From the NCBI GenBank assembly GCA_054600435.1, contig BAAIJX010000074.1, positions 1-64,000 on the forward strand: a DNA stretch of 64,000 bases, given 5' to 3'. Under the pieces are notes generated by a model. That model saw nothing but the letters and a program-made list of their open reading frames with translations. It did not search any database and was not told where the DNA came from. The position numbers and the translations under genes are program-made. Shown one piece after another: positions 47,125 through 60,000 of the stretch. Numbering within the stretch: the stretch's first letter is position 1; each line of letters opens with the position of its first letter. The stretch comes from Neophaeotheca triangularis (Eukaryota).

Positions 47125-49086
47125 ATGCAGTCGTTACTCCAATACCGCCGTTTCAAAACGGCTCTAAAGCAACAGCTCGACCGTGATGGCGATAAAGCAC
47201 AAGCATCAAGGAAACACCGTAGCGACACAACACCAAGCAGCAATAGTCAACAGCCGCCGAACGAAACAGAGTGGAACACCAGCGGCGATCTCGAAAAGGG
47301 TACACCTCTTGCACCAAAAGAGAGCCATGATTCCGGCCGAACTCCCAAGGGCGTGAAACCAGGAGAGCTCGATCCGAGCATTCAGCCGCCGCCTCTGTCA
47401 GAAGAAGAACAAATCATGGAAGAGAACCAGCGAAACTTCGAGCCAGCCGAGGAAGTCGACTCTCACTCCGACCAGGATAGCGATGACGGCGATCGCAATG
47501 TTCACCCAGCGCTGTCACGAACGACTACCCAACAATCAGCTGGCGTGGCACTGGGTGCCGTGCTCACAGGTATCGAACTCCGAAAACGTCCTACTGGTTC
47601 GGATACAATCTTCGTGGTTGGGTACGAGGGCGACAACGACCCGCAGAACCCGCATAACTGGAGTACGCTCGTGAGGACGCGTGCTACGATGCTGATAGCG
47701 TGCATTGGTGCTGTCGTGGGGTTCGCAAGTGCTATTGACTCTACTGCTCTTGAGCCGGCTGCTAGGGAGTTTGGAGTCGAACCGATCGTCGAATCTCTTG
47801 CTACAGGATTATATCTTATCAGCTTTGGCCTCGGATCACTAGTTGCGGGACCTCTCAGTGAGACTTTCGGGCGCAACCCTGTATACAGTAAGCTCGTCAA
47901 GCCGCTATCTCCTACACTTGGAATTATGGCTGACAAATACTCAGTTGTCACATTGGTGCTATTTATGATCTTTGAGATTGCGGCAGCGGTGTCTCCGAAC
48001 GTTGGCGCGCAATTAACGTTCAGATTCTTCGCAGGGCTCTTCGGCTGTACCCCCTTGACCTGCGCAGGTGGAAGTTTGAGCGATCTCTGGACGCCGCTGG
48101 AGAGAGTGTACGCTTACCCTATATTCGCCAACGCGGCGTTCACCGGACCCCTGATAGGCCCAGTGCTAGGTGGTTTCATCGTCCAAAGCGACGTCCTTTC
48201 CTGGCGTTGGGTCAACTGGATCACTGTCATTTTAGCAGGCCTCGTCACCGCCGCCGTCGTTCTGTTCCAACCCGAAACACACCCTCCGACGCTCCTGTTT
48301 TGGAAAGCGCAACACCTACGGACCCTGACAGGAGACTCGCGCTACGTGTCCGAGCTCGAAATTCGGCAAGAAACGCTCCTCCACCGTCTCAAACGTGCCT
48401 GCTATCGCCCCTTCCTCCTCACCGTCCGTGAACCAATTATCATCCTTATCGCTCTCTACCTCACCATCATCTACATTGTCCTCTTCACCTTCCTAGACGG
48501 CTACACGCACATTTTCGGCGAAACCTACGGCTTGTCCACGGGCCTGACTGGCCTCAGTTTCGTAGGTATTATCGTCGGATTCTGCTTCGCTGGTGGAGGG
48601 CTCGTGCCTTTAATGTACAAATGGGCCAAAAACGACCTGGCGAGAATGAAAGAAGCCGGGCACGAAGAGCGCCTGCCACCAGAGTTCCGCTGCTGGTTCG
48701 GCATGCTAGGCGGCTCCTTCGCAATCCCCATAGGCATCTTCTGGATGGGCTACACCGCCCGCTCCGACATTTCCATCTGGTCGCCACTGTGCTCGAGCGT
48801 GCTCATCGGGTACGGAATGCTCTCGGTCTTTATAATGTGCACGCAGTACATTATCGATTCGTACGAGCTGTATGCGGCTTCCGGGCTGGCCAGTGTGACT
48901 TGCTTGCGCTATGTGGCTGCGGGTGTCATGACGCCGGTCGGGTTGCCGTTTTATGAGAACATGGGCGTGCAGTGGACTTTGACGATTTTGGGGGGTTTGA
49001 GCGCGCTTTTGGTGCCGGTGCCTTTTGTTTTTTATGTCTATGGACCTTGGATCCGGAGTAAAAGTCGGTATGCTGTTGATGCTTGA
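47125..49086 (+). CDS. MFS transporter, DHA1 drug:H+ antiporter family
   Basis: DPQNPHNWS, GPLSETFGRNPVY and WRWVNW/PET motifs with many hydrophobic segments. In-frame intron 47888-47944. Confidence 0.93.
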   Translation: MQSLLQYRRFKTALKQQLDRDGDKAQASRKHRSDTTPSSNSQQPPNETEWNTSGDLEKGTPLAPKESHDSGRTPKGVKPGELDPSIQPPPLSEEEQIMEENQRNFEPAEEVDSHSDQDSDDGDRNVHPALSRTTTQQSAGVALGAVLTGIELRKRPTGSDTIFVVGYEGDNDPQNPHNWSTLVRTRATMLIACIGAVVGFASAIDSTALEPAAREFGVEPIVESLATGLYLISFGLGSLVAGPLSETFGRNPVYSKLVKPLSPTLGIMADKYSVVTLVLFMIFEIAAAVSPNVGAQLTFRFFAGLFGCTPLTCAGGSLSDLWTPLERVYAYPIFANAAFTGPLIGPVLGGFIVQSDVLSWRWVNWITVILAGLVTAAVVLFQPETHPPTLLFWKAQHLRTLTGDSRYVSELEIRQETLLHRLKRACYRPFLLTVREPIIILIALYLTIIYIVLFTFLDGYTHIFGETYGLSTGLTGLSFVGIIVGFCFAGGGLVPLMYKWAKNDLARMKEAGHEERLPPEFRCWFGMLGGSFAIPIGIFWMGYTARSDISIWSPLCSSVLIGYGMLSVFIMCTQYIIDSYELYAASGLASVTCLRYVAAGVMTPVGLPFYENMGVQWTLTILGGLSALLVPVPFVFYVYGPWIRSKSRYAVDA

Positions 49087-49227
49087 TTTGACCAATTTCA
49101 GCGCTGGCGTCTCGGGAAGGGTATAATGATTTGTTTAAATCGATCAGTCTCGATATGTGAAGATAGAACTTGTGAATAGCTATCAGATGCTGTTGTCTCC
49201 GCTAAAATGCTACTCAACGGCAGTTCA

Positions 49228-50778
49228 TTACATATAAAACCCCAGCGTCTTGTTCGCTCTGTCCATAACCTCCTTCTGCCCCTGAGTCAAGCCCGGTTCG
49301 CCACTATCCCATGGTTCCAGACCAAATGCCCTCATCCCACCAAGAGGATCGACCTTCTTCACATCCTCGGGTCGAGGACGACCAACATGCTGGCTCTCCC
49401 CAAGGCCACTCCCGAAATCCGGGCCAGGCGTCCCTTCCAGGAACGCGGCTCGCTGTTTGGCCAGATACTCGGCGTTCTGCACCGTGAGCGGGCAGGAGGG
49501 AATGTACAAAACACTACTGTCGCTCTTCCCGGCGTGCGTCTTGTCGACCGCATGGATCGTGTCGCAGTGCCAGGAGACGTAGTCGCCCGGCTGTACAGTC
49601 GGGATGTGCACCATCGACGACGGAAGGTCGAGGTGCGGGTGCAGATTAGCACGCAGTTCCTGCCCGTGCCCGGGAGTGGCGCCTTGAAGCCAGGAATCCT
49701 GCTCCCGCTGCAAGGTCCAGTTCTCCGGCGCCAAGAACGCTTCGTCATAAGTCTCCGATGCCGGGTCAGCGGCAGGGCGTTTAGGCTCGAAGAACGGGCG
49801 CAAGAGAAAGTAAGCCGTCGCGCGGCTGAGCAGCGGGTTCACCAGCAGCGTGCCCTCGAACGGCGACGTCTCCGACATGGACAGCCAGCCCTGCAGCATG
49901 CGGAACATGGAGCAGGCGCCCACGCCCTGGTAGAGGTCCGAGGAGACGGGGAGTCTGCAGCTCGATTCCCAGAGATCGCACTCCTCCCACCGCCCTTGGA
50001 AGATCTTCTCGTACACTTTGCCTTTGCCGTAGCCTTCTTCTTCCCAGCGCTCGCACGAGCCGCCATCGACGTGCGGGCCGAGAGCGAATTTCGCGTCGCC
50101 TGGGAGCCGCATTCGCAGGCGGTCGGCGTAGATGGTTGGGTGGCTGGATGAGATGAGCGCTTCTGGGTCTTTGGAGTGCCAGAACTCCATTAGGAATTTC
50201 TGGGCTTTGAGGAGATTCGGATGGCTCCGGGCTTTGATTTGCGCGGGCGACCAGTATAGCTCGAAGACTTGGGGATTTTCGGGTGGAAAGGCTTTGGTGT
50301 GCGGGTTGCGGGCGATGTAGTTGCGCAGTTCCTGCTTCATATCCAGGGCTTCTTGTTGCGGGATTGCATTGCGAATGATGGCGACGCCACGTTTGCGATG
50401 CTCGGATTGGAACTCTGGCGATGCGTTATCGATCTCTTTGAAGTCAATTTCCGGGATCAAGGCGGAGCCTTTGGCTTTGATGAGGGGTATCTCTTCGCGG
50501 AGAGATGCTAATAGTCGGTTCCAGGAATGGTAGACTTCTTCCTCGTGGCCTGCTATCAGTTTTGATTTCACTTGAGCGAAGCGCGGGTCCAGTGGTCCGA
50601 ATTGCATGCCTGCGAGCGAGGCGAAGGCATCGGATATGTCGCCTTCGCGTTTCTGGGCCGAAGCGGCGGCGGCATTGCGGATCGAAGTTCCGCTTGGTCT
50701 CGCTCTCCATGTGCTTGCTCTCACGCTGTTCTGTAGGAGCTGGGTAGTAGGTGCCATTCTATCAATATAATGTCCCAA
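49228..50778 (-). CDS. DUF1479 (Gig2/YbiU-like) putative Fe(II)/2OG oxygenase
   Basis: YADRLRMRLPGD..LGPHVDGGS, SMFRMLQGWLSMS and PGDYVSWHCDTIHAVD. The true start may be the second Met. Confidence 0.9.
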   Translation of the reverse strand: MGHYIDRMAPTTQLLQNSVRASTWRARPSGTSIRNAAAASAQKREGDISDAFASLAGMQFGPLDPRFAQVKSKLIAGHEEEVYHSWNRLLASLREEIPLIKAKGSALIPEIDFKEIDNASPEFQSEHRKRGVAIIRNAIPQQEALDMKQELRNYIARNPHTKAFPPENPQVFELYWSPAQIKARSHPNLLKAQKFLMEFWHSKDPEALISSSHPTIYADRLRMRLPGDAKFALGPHVDGGSCERWEEEGYGKGKVYEKIFQGRWEECDLWESSCRLPVSSDLYQGVGACSMFRMLQGWLSMSETSPFEGTLLVNPLLSRATAYFLLRPFFEPKRPAADPASETYDEAFLAPENWTLQREQDSWLQGATPGHGQELRANLHPHLDLPSSMVHIPTVQPGDYVSWHCDTIHAVDKTHAGKSDSSVLYIPSCPLTVQNAEYLAKQRAAFLEGTPGPDFGSGLGESQHVGRPRPEDVKKVDPLGGMRAFGLEPWDSGEPGLTQGQKEVMDRANKTLGFYM

Positions 50779-52133
50779 TGGTGATCCGGTTGTGGCGATG
50801 GGTCGAGTGTTGACGGTGTATGACGACGAACACTGGTGGACCTACGACTACAGTACTCACTATCAGTTTGAGAACACTATGCAATCTTCACAGAGTCATT
50901 GTCGAACTTTTCGATGCTGCAATATTTCAATGCTTGTTCGTGGTCAAGCCCCGACAGTTCTTGTTGTAATGTAGTCGGCTTTTACCCATTTGAGATACCT
51001 CCGCTTTCCCTTTTGCGCGATTCCGCCATCCGTCCCGACATGCCGTGATGCCCATATCGTTCCGCAAACTCTCTCCACTGCTACTACACACGGTTCGGGT
51101 CTTCGTACCGTAAGTCCATAAAACATCGTGTGCAGTGAAGTGCTAGCTTTCGGTGTTTCCCTCGTGGCTGGAACAGACGGTATGGGGTAAGGGTGAGCGT
51201 TTGGGTAATGATTGCTTGATCAACAAGCCTTTGAGTCGGTCCCGGAGATGGCAGCAAAGTGGCAGAATCTTCCAACAACGTCCTTCGACGACAATGGTTG
51301 AATGACGTTTCAGCAACGATACAACGGAACACGTTGAACGATCAGATGCGAGATATCCGGAAACAAGTAGAGCCGAAATGCAAAATTCCACGACAAGCTG
51401 GCAGCGAAATTCTCACTTGAAGTACAAAGGGACGGGAGAATCACTTCATCACTATATCAAAGCACACGGACGACTATCGGTATAAGTACAACATCTCTAC
51501 GCGAACAGCGAGAAGCGCGGCAAGAGTAGAACATCCTTTGATAAGAAGAGTCCGTTCCCAGGCTCTGCAACCTCGCTCTACGCAGACTTTTCCCCTGGCT
51601 CACAGCCTTGCCAGAGCAGCGGCGACATAGCTGGTTCACGATCCGGTCGATGCGATTGAAGTTCATATCAACGAATTCCAATGCAAAACCTCGTGGGGTT
51701 GGCGGCAGCGTGTTGCCGTCTTTGGGGGTCTCGTTGACTCATGGAAATCGTGGTTGTGCTAGAGTTCGCGGCCCTCGTTCAAGCGGAGAGTAGCGTGCTG
51801 ATGCTCGTCAAGCCACCCGACCAGACCAGTGCAAGAGCCACCATTACTCTGTCCATTGAAATGTTCGGGTCAACGACCAGTGGACCACGTGCCCTGCCGT
51901 AGTCTGTCATTGTGCTGAACAACGAACTCTACCGAGGAACCGCTAAGGTATTCATTATCTTGCTGCGCCTCTAGCTCACATTTCAAGCCATCGACAAGCC
52001 CACTGTCCTGCCGTTAGTACGGGCATAGCCAACAGCAATAGCAAGAGCGATTGAGGCACTAGGCAGTGGGAAGTGGCCGCGGTCGAATGATGGACGGTGG
52101 AAAGCACGACTAAACAAGAGCGAAGGTGGTGCT

Positions 52134-52600
52134 ATGCCAGAGGTGCCTGAGAAGGGGACGAAGGAGACGGACGAAGTCGACAGAGGCAGTAGGAAGGTCT
52201 TCAATGGCGGAAGTGCGGGTAGAGACTTCGAGACTAGCGGCGAGAAGAACAATGGCTTGGGTGTAGGCGATGGCAACAGTGGTCAAGGCGAGTCCAAGGC
52301 AATTCTCAAGGCATCAATACCGTTGACATTGGTCGCGGGCGTGGGACGGCGTGCTTCAACTGCAAGATGATGAAGATTGAGTGCGACGGCGAAATGCTCT
52401 GCAGAAAGTGCCAGAACGGGGATTAAAGCGGGAACGCCGATAACCTGTCCGATCAAAAAGATACTGAGGCTGGACAGGCCGATGCTTACTACGACGCCGA
52501 CCCTGAGGATGTCGACGCAGAGGAAGACGATTTTGGAGACGAAATGGATGAGAATGATGCAAATTTCGAAAGCACCGATGCCTTTGATGTGACAATGTGA
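52134..52600 (+). pseudogene. Disrupted Zn(II)2Cys6-like gene remnant with an acidic tail
   Basis: ACFNCKMMKIECDGEMLCRKCQNGD* (52349-52426) continues in frame into SGNADNLSDQKD...EEDDFGDEMDENDANFESTDAFDVTM* (to 52600). Upstream ORF 52134.. is in a different frame. Confidence 0.55.
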
Positions 52601-54067
52601 GGATCTGCCTCGCTTACAGGGCTGTGGGATGTCATGTGAAAGTTTGTGAGATCGAGACGGAGGAGGTGGCCGTGGAGACAGAACGACGCAGTCCAGTCGG
52701 GAAGAGCTTTTAACGTGATGCCTTCTCTTCCCGTGATTCTGATGCAGAGGGAGCGTAGGCAGCGGGTGAATTTGCGGTCGAGACGCTAGGGGGGCTCGGT
52801 GGGATTGAGATGGTTTGACGTTTCAAACTTCTACGGTAAGGTCGAAAGCGTAAGTGAGAAGGTTAGCAATGGCCTTGCTGGCGGTCTCGCGAGAATTGCG
52901 CGTAGTGCCGCTGGTAGTTGGGAGGTCGGGTGTCGAGAATGGCGGCAAAGGGGTTGACGGTAAAGGCTGGGCAGTGATGGGGTGGTCTGGTTCATGTAGA
53001 AGAGCGGGACACTCGTCTTCGAGATTGTGGCAAAGATGCACCCCTCGAAGACTAGGACTTGAACATCCTGAGGGACGTCGTTTCCGGTTGCCTTAGCGTT
53101 CAAGTGATCCCGTCGAGGTTCTAGCTGTGGGTACACTGAGATGAAAATAGCTGCGCTGAGCTTTTAGACTGTTGCTCTGCGTTCTTCGACATTGCATTGC
53201 AGGTGAAGTTGCTTGTGTTATTGGAAAGTCGTCCCCCCTGACAAATCCTATAACGAACCCGTGAACAGGCCGGCGAACTATCCTAATCCTCCATAAGCAC
53301 ACATCGAGTCTCGGGCCCATCCCCAATCGCCAGTTTAGCAACCGAGGTGGTAGAGTTAGTTGCCACTTATTCAGACGAGACTAAAGCCTATGTCAACAGC
53401 AGCACCTACGCACGAGAGACCGCATAGCCGCTCCCACGCCATCCGCCAACCGCAACAGTGAACAAGTGCCTCGCAGTCGCAACCCTCACCCAATCCACCA
53501 CAGCGCTCCCACCCCTCAACATCCCATCCCGCAATGCCTCCCTCCCCTCCAAGCTCAAACTTCCAACTCAAAAACCAAAGCAAGATCACAAGCAGCATTA
53601 GCCCCACCCCCCCACGACCCCATCAACACCCACAAAGCCACCTCACAGCAGCAGCAGCAGCCGGCCAAAACCGCCACGGCATGTAACAGGTAACCTAGGT
53701 ACATACAAGTAAGTACAAGTGACACAGCCAGACACAGCCGCTACCTCACCCACCGTCCGGCGTCGAAGGGGAGAACCCACTCGTCCGTCCCGTCCCACGC
53801 CTTTTCCGCGTACATACATACATTTCCGTCTCGGCGCAGCCGCGATCAACGTGCGAGATGACCTTGACTTGCCCTTGAAGGCGGTAAGCCCGGGATATCA
53901 TACCCACCTTGTTGTTTTGGGAATTGGGAAGAGATGAGATGGGACGGCCGTTTGCCGAGCTCTTATTGTCGTGGGTTGATTTATGGTGCGGGTTTCCGGG
54001 GCGTGATGGTGCGGTCTGCTGACGATGAATATGGTATAATAATAGGAATAGAATATTAATAATAATA

Positions 54068-54068
54068 G

Positions 54069-54100
<32 letters not shown>
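54068..54100. repeat. (GTT)n microsatellite
   Basis: Eleven gtt units in intergenic DNA. Confidence 0.9.
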
Positions 54101-55712
54101 GCAGTTTGCTGGAGCGGCTCATTGGTGTCGCTGGACGGGGTGGGGATCTGCCAATTCGAACCATGATGATGTTGCAAACGTGACGAGGGCTCTAGGTTTG
54201 ATGATGGTGATGATGGTGATGATGATGATGAGGTGCTTTGCTGGATGGAAAGCGACTTGCGGTTGGAAGACTGACTTGGACTCGCTATGCATGATTGTCG
54301 CGGTAGTTGAATCGCGCGAAGAATCAACGTTCGTGGCGTGGCAATACTGTTACAGACCTGCTTGAGATTGCCGGGAGCGATGATCGATGGCAACTTCATC
54401 ATCAACTTATCAAGTATATCCTACACAGTCTGTCTACAGGACCACCAAAAAAACCCCCCACAAGGCACGAGGCTCTAAAGCGATGCATGTGAGCCAAAAA
54501 GGATAACCAGGTCGCTCCCAAGGCTGTCAGATCTAAAACGGATCACGGCTATTCGCCCAAACGCCTCGCTGCCGGTGCTCGAATACTGTACAATGCTCCT
54601 TCTCCAAACCACCACAAAATTCCTCCACACAAGCCATTCTCCTCCCAAGCAATTCATACGCGTATTGACGGTTCGCCAATGAAAGCAAGGTTCAGAGTCG
54701 GTCGTCGGGACGCTCCTGGACGCATGATAACAGCAGCAGCGAACGTCGCGTACTTGGACGGAGCTTTCCTGCCAAAAGTTGGAGACTCAGTCGCAGCGTG
54801 CGACAGAGGGAGACATGAGTCGCGAGGCAATCTTTCCATGACCCCCAAACCCCCAATCGAAAGTCACGATTATGCTAGGCAGCTAGCGAAGCTGGAGGAT
54901 CATGTGACGGCTGAGCTGTGCAAAAACTCTCACAGACGATCGACGCGGTTCGAGTTCCCTCGTGGGTGAAAGTACCGCGCACGGTGGCACTGGTTCGCGA
55001 CCGTGCGGGTATCAGGGCTGGAGGAGGTTTCAGGATGGTGTCTAGCGAAGTGTATTTGGTTTTGAATTTTGGCAACTGCCTAACTCCGGCAGAAACGAGC
55101 CGGCAGCGTCCAACGTGGCGCGGCAAAGTTGCGGACGGCAGAGCCAGAAAGCACATCATCGTTGCCTGCCGACTACTGATGATCTAATAAGGTATGAGGA
55201 TTTCAAAACTTTCGTCTTCACAAGGTACTTTCACGTGCACCCCAAGTGCACTTCTTTCTTTGGCAGCTGGAGAGCGCTCGTCTGTTTGCAGTGTCGGCCT
55301 TGCGTTCTCGCAACGTAATCTCCATGTAGGCAGGGTGCGCAGTAGTCCTGCAATTTCGTTTGTTCCTGTCGACGAGGTTTGGCCTTTGTGAAAAAAGGGG
55401 ACTTGCGGCATCCAATACCCAGCCGCGTCTGCATCTGCATTGCGTCTGCATTGCCGGCTGGCCGGTCTTAGCCCCATGCGGTCAAAGAGTGCTACGTCTG
55501 ATAGGCCGGCACAGTAGGGGCTGATTCTCGTATGTTCGTCGGGGCTGTAGGTAAGTTGCTCGTGGTGGATAGTAGTGGAAGACTTTTTCGCAGTGGAATC
55601 CTTCCATCCAGTCTACCCTGTAAAAGCAAGCCCATCAGGCTCGCCCGTCTGGGCCGACAAAACTCCGAGAGAGAGCTTTCGGCAAAGCTGGGACCAGATG
55701 TTCCCTCGCCCA

Positions 55713-57014
55713 CTACGTAGGGTATTGGCCATAGGGGTAGGGCGGAATCTTCGCATCCCGGTACTCCATTGGCGCTTGAGGCTGCTGTGGTGGATAGCTC
55801 TGTTGCTCAGTCTGGCCTTGATGTTGGTATTGTATCTGGCCTTGAGGTTGGCCGTATCCAGAGGATAGCTGAGGAACCTGCATAGGTGTCACTTGGTATT
55901 GCCCAGGCTGGCCAAACGTGTGCTGTTGAGGCGGGATTGGCTGCTGTGGCATCTGGTAGTGGCCCGGGCTAGATACGGCCATGTTTTGGAATTCTGCCTG
56001 GGGAAGCTGTGTCGAGTGGTACGATGACTGCGGTTGGGGGGGTGCGGCGTGAGGGTGCGCTGGTGCTTGCGACTGAGGTGGTGGTTGCGTGTGAGCTTGT
56101 GGTGGTGGTGGTTGCTGCTGCGATTGCGGTGCTGCTGGTGGGTAGCCGGAGCCAGCCTGAGGTTGAGAAGCGTAAGACTGTTGATGGTGCTGCGGCGAGT
56201 GCTGGAATGGCTGTGTCCTTTGATGCCCCGGCGATACTTGATACTGGTAAGAATGAGCAGGTGCGGACCATTGTACGCCTTCAGGCTGCACTTGATCGTG
56301 CGACCTCCACTGCGTCAGGTTTTGGGCTGCTGGTGGTTGGCCAGGCCCAGGCATGGAGAGTGGTGCACCGGCCGCACTTGACGGATACGCTCCATGGTGC
56401 TGCCACGACCCTTGACGAGAGCCAGGTGGCTGAGAAGCTGCGGCCGAGGAGACGCTATGCTTTGCAGAGGCAGACTCGGCTGAATCGTTCGTTCGGGCTG
56501 CTGGCGACCCTACAGACGGTGGAATATAAGCAGTATCTCGCTGACGTTGGTCTATTGTTTGTCGACATTAGCAATTGTTCATTCCTCGTGGGTTGTGATT
56601 GTTGGGTCTACGAGACTTACTCTCGGCGTGTGAAGCTGGTACTGAGAATCCTGCGTCGGTCAGTCTGCCGCGCAAGTACGTGACTTCCTCCTCGAGCTCG
56701 CGGTTTCGTTGCTGAGTGGCCGCAAGAGCCCGTTTGTCTGCATCTTGGGCGAGCCGCAGATCGTTAATGTTCTTCTCGAGGCCATCGATGTGATCTTTGG
56801 TACGTTGACGAATGGCTCTCTGCGCTTCTCGGTCATTCGCCCGCTTTCTCTCAAGTTGAGCAGCGGACAAGCTTGTCACACTTCGAGTGCCAGCCCTGGA
56901 GGCACGTTTCTTGCCCGAATCCAACGGTTTCCGGGACTCGGAGCCCGAGGAAGCGTAGCCATGGGACGGTGTTTTCTCCAGAGAGTGTGTGGACGGCGTC
57001 GTCTCCGGATTCAT
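55713..57014 (-). CDS. bZIP transcription factor with a Gln/Pro-rich C-terminus
   Basis: LERKRANDREAQRAIRQRTKDHIDGLE basic-zipper region. Intron 56620-56510 joins in frame to ORF 55713..56354. Confidence 0.9.
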
Positions 57015-60000
57015 TGAGGACCAGAAATGAGACCCGTTCGTGTGCCAAGAGGGTGACGCTAGTACGCACGTCATGAGAGATGACAGCGAGTAAGATAGAA
57101 AAGTGGTTGGAAGCCGGCGTGTTGAGAGTAAGTGTGGTGTAGAAGACGCGGTCGCGAGCCCAAGCTGTGTGACCAGGGAAGATGCAACTTTGCTCGTTGT
57201 CCCTGTAGCGTGGCAGAGCTTCAGCTGTGCTTTTTCGACAGATAGCACGTAGGTAACAAATCCTCGGGGCGCCTGACGATGGGTCGAACTGGCAATGATT
57301 CGATCGGTGCGGCAACGCGGTGACGTTCTTTCTCCCTAGTCAGTTGATGTGCACAAGGGTATATAGTAGCTTGGTTCGTTTGATCAGGAGTAATCTGCGG
57401 GAGGAGGAGAGGGAGGGTTATAGTAGTCGCAACTCGAGACCGTCAAAGGCGTGGGGGCCTACTACTATTAATTGGAGAGGGACTGAATAAGGGAGAGCAG
57501 CCGGGGATCTTCCTGTTGCCGCATAAAGAATAAGAATAATAATGTTACCAGGCTCCTCACACGGACGCACGGTACCGGATGTCGTCCCGAAGACAGCACG
57601 ATGCTGCTACCCCATTGGATTGGAGCTGCAAGATGCATCCTCTTCGCATGAGAAGGAGGAGAATGATGAGACGAGCGGATTGCTACTACTGCCACACTAG
57701 CCCTAGCCTTTGTTGCGTATGGCCTGGCAAGCCAATCGAAGAGGCTCTTAGCCGCAGGCATCGGCAGACAGGCAGAGCACGAGGGCGAGTGGTGGCTACT
57801 GGCTACCTTAGCTACCGATGTTGACGACTGCCTGTGTGCTGTGTCTGTGTCTGTGTCTGCGTCTGTGGGTCCCGCTCCAGGGTAGATGGGTCGGGAACAG
57901 GGAGACAGTAGTACCTCTAGTCACGGAGCGGTAGTAGTGCTAACGTAGATAGTAGTGCTAAAAGGCAGACGAGACGGCTGTAGGAGGTAGTCGAGTGGAG
58001 ACGATAATAGCTACCCAAGCCCTCTTCCACCGGCTCTCACCGAAGCCTCCTTCCATAGCACGTGGCAGGCCGCGCTATGGCGCCCTGGCGTACCGTGAAC
58101 TTCCATTGTGAAGCCGCCAAAAAAAAAAGCGGGTGGCGCGCTCAGTCGAGCGATCTGCAAGCAGGAACTGTCAACTTTTGTCAAGGTAGAGGTCAAAAGT
58201 CAAAATTTCAGGATAGAGTTTACATGGTAGGAGGTAAGGCAGGTAGTCGATCGGTAAGACGTCAAACCGCCCTTCTCTGCATAAGGTTATTAAAAGTCAT
58301 TACAGTAGTATTGCTGCAACAAGACGGACAAATTGCCCAAAATAGCAAGCCTCTCTCGTGGGAGCTGTTGTTTCAGCCATGATGATCGCCAACTCTTCTC
58401 TGATTGTTATCATTCTTGTCCACCCCCATCACTCCGACTCCCGCCCACTATCCTACTTGTGAGGCGTGCTAACAATTGATTTAGAAGCAATGCAGAAGCC
58501 AAGCACGTTTAGTGGGCCCAAAGGTCGCGCACGGCACGACTAGTACTTCTGAGGCTGTAACTTTGTATGGTTGTAGCAGTGGATAATAATCGGACTACTG
58601 CCAACTTGTTGTTGATCAACTCTACCATTAGGCGTGGTCTAGCCGTTCTGAAGATCGTGACCAATACTTGAATACACCCTCAAACACACACAAGGTCAGC
58701 AGAGCGCCAAGTCGACTCGAGACCGGATGGACTACGTTCGGCGTGATAATACCACAGTAAGAAGCGTGACTGACCGACTGGCATCTGATGATCTGGCTGA
58801 AAGCTAGCTAGCCTGGGCACCAGCCCTAGTCAGCTACGAGTGAGGTTGGATAGTAGTAAGGCCTCGTCCTAAGGTAGGGTGGTAGCACCGTATCATCAGA
58901 AGTAACTTCTGACCCCTGACTCCTGAGACTAGGTATGGCTGCCACATGGCATATTGGCAGAAATGGCGTTTGACCGCACCGTGCAGCGGAAACCTGTCAG
59001 GTGAGGTACTACTACTATTTCTCTCCTCGCCCTGCAGTGCCAAGTTGCGAGAACCGTAGTTAGGGTGGCATGTAAAATGATAGACCTCGAGTCGCGTTCC
59101 GACTCCGATCAGCGTCTACCGAATGGGGAAAGTTTCCTAGCCTGTCCCCGTAGGTAGGCTGTAGGAGGTAGGTCCCGCTCGACAACATGAGGCACCGCGG
59201 CGCTTGCTCGCCGGAGTGAAGATGAGGCAATAACAAAACGATTCTTTGCAATCTTGTCAAAGGAGTATTTCAGTTTGTGGACAACCCCCCTTTTCCCAGT
59301 CCGGGGTCGCTTCGGGCTGGCTAAGCACTAGGTTGCGAGGATCAACTTACTGCCGAAACATTACCTAAGTACAATACATGCAAGTTTTGTACATTGAATG
59401 CCGCCAAAGGACACGGAATAGATAGACAGTAGTATTTCTTGCACGATGGCGTATACACTTCTCTCTTCTGGCGTCAAAGTTCGTGAAGTCTCTGGGCGGC
59501 GCTGTTTCATGATTTGCCTTTCGAGCTGGTGCCGCCCAATCTTCATCCACTCTGTGATCCAGCCCTGTTAAATGATTTGAAGTCGTTCCCACCACCCTTT
59601 TGGGCAACAAGACCGGTCCGAACTATCTACGTACGCTCGCTCCTATACCCACGAGAAGAACTGTGGTACTGCTACTAGCACCTTCGGCGGCCCCCCCACC
59701 GTCTAGAGGCTCTACCATCAGATTGTGAATTTGTGGTCACCCGATGATGCCTCCTCATACCGGCAATGGCCAATACTTGCTGTGCCGAACGGAGATATTT
59801 CGATTTTCAGCCTCTTTATCACGTTTCGCCCGCAATAATGATGATGATAACCGAAGCCTTGCGGCAGGGCTGTCTCCACCCGGTACCCCCCGGCTTCTTC
59901 GCGACTTCATCCCCTCCTTCTACACAATTTTTAATTCCTTTCATTAGTCGGTGTTGCGATATTGCGGAGCGCCGAATGCCCGCAATCTACACTTCGGCTT

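Noticed and set aside
49207..50151. Long antisense ORFs over real genes (also 63043..63894, 34073..34852, 56009..56683)
   Set aside because: Expected shadows of GC-rich, codon-biased CDSs, with no recognisable motifs.
49228..50778. Host DUF1479 gene as the source of element B ORF3
   Set aside because: Both look like 2OG-oxygenase folds, but the motif contexts differ (GPHVDGGS vs RHIDLN) and I saw no nucleotide similarity.
45196..50778. MCR1-MFS-DUF1479 as a metabolic gene cluster
   Set aside because: No backbone enzyme or dedicated regulator; these are common genes and adjacency alone is weak evidence.
53746..54405. Low-complexity ORFs (poly-T/Q/S)
   Set aside because: Produced by GTT and GAT microsatellites.
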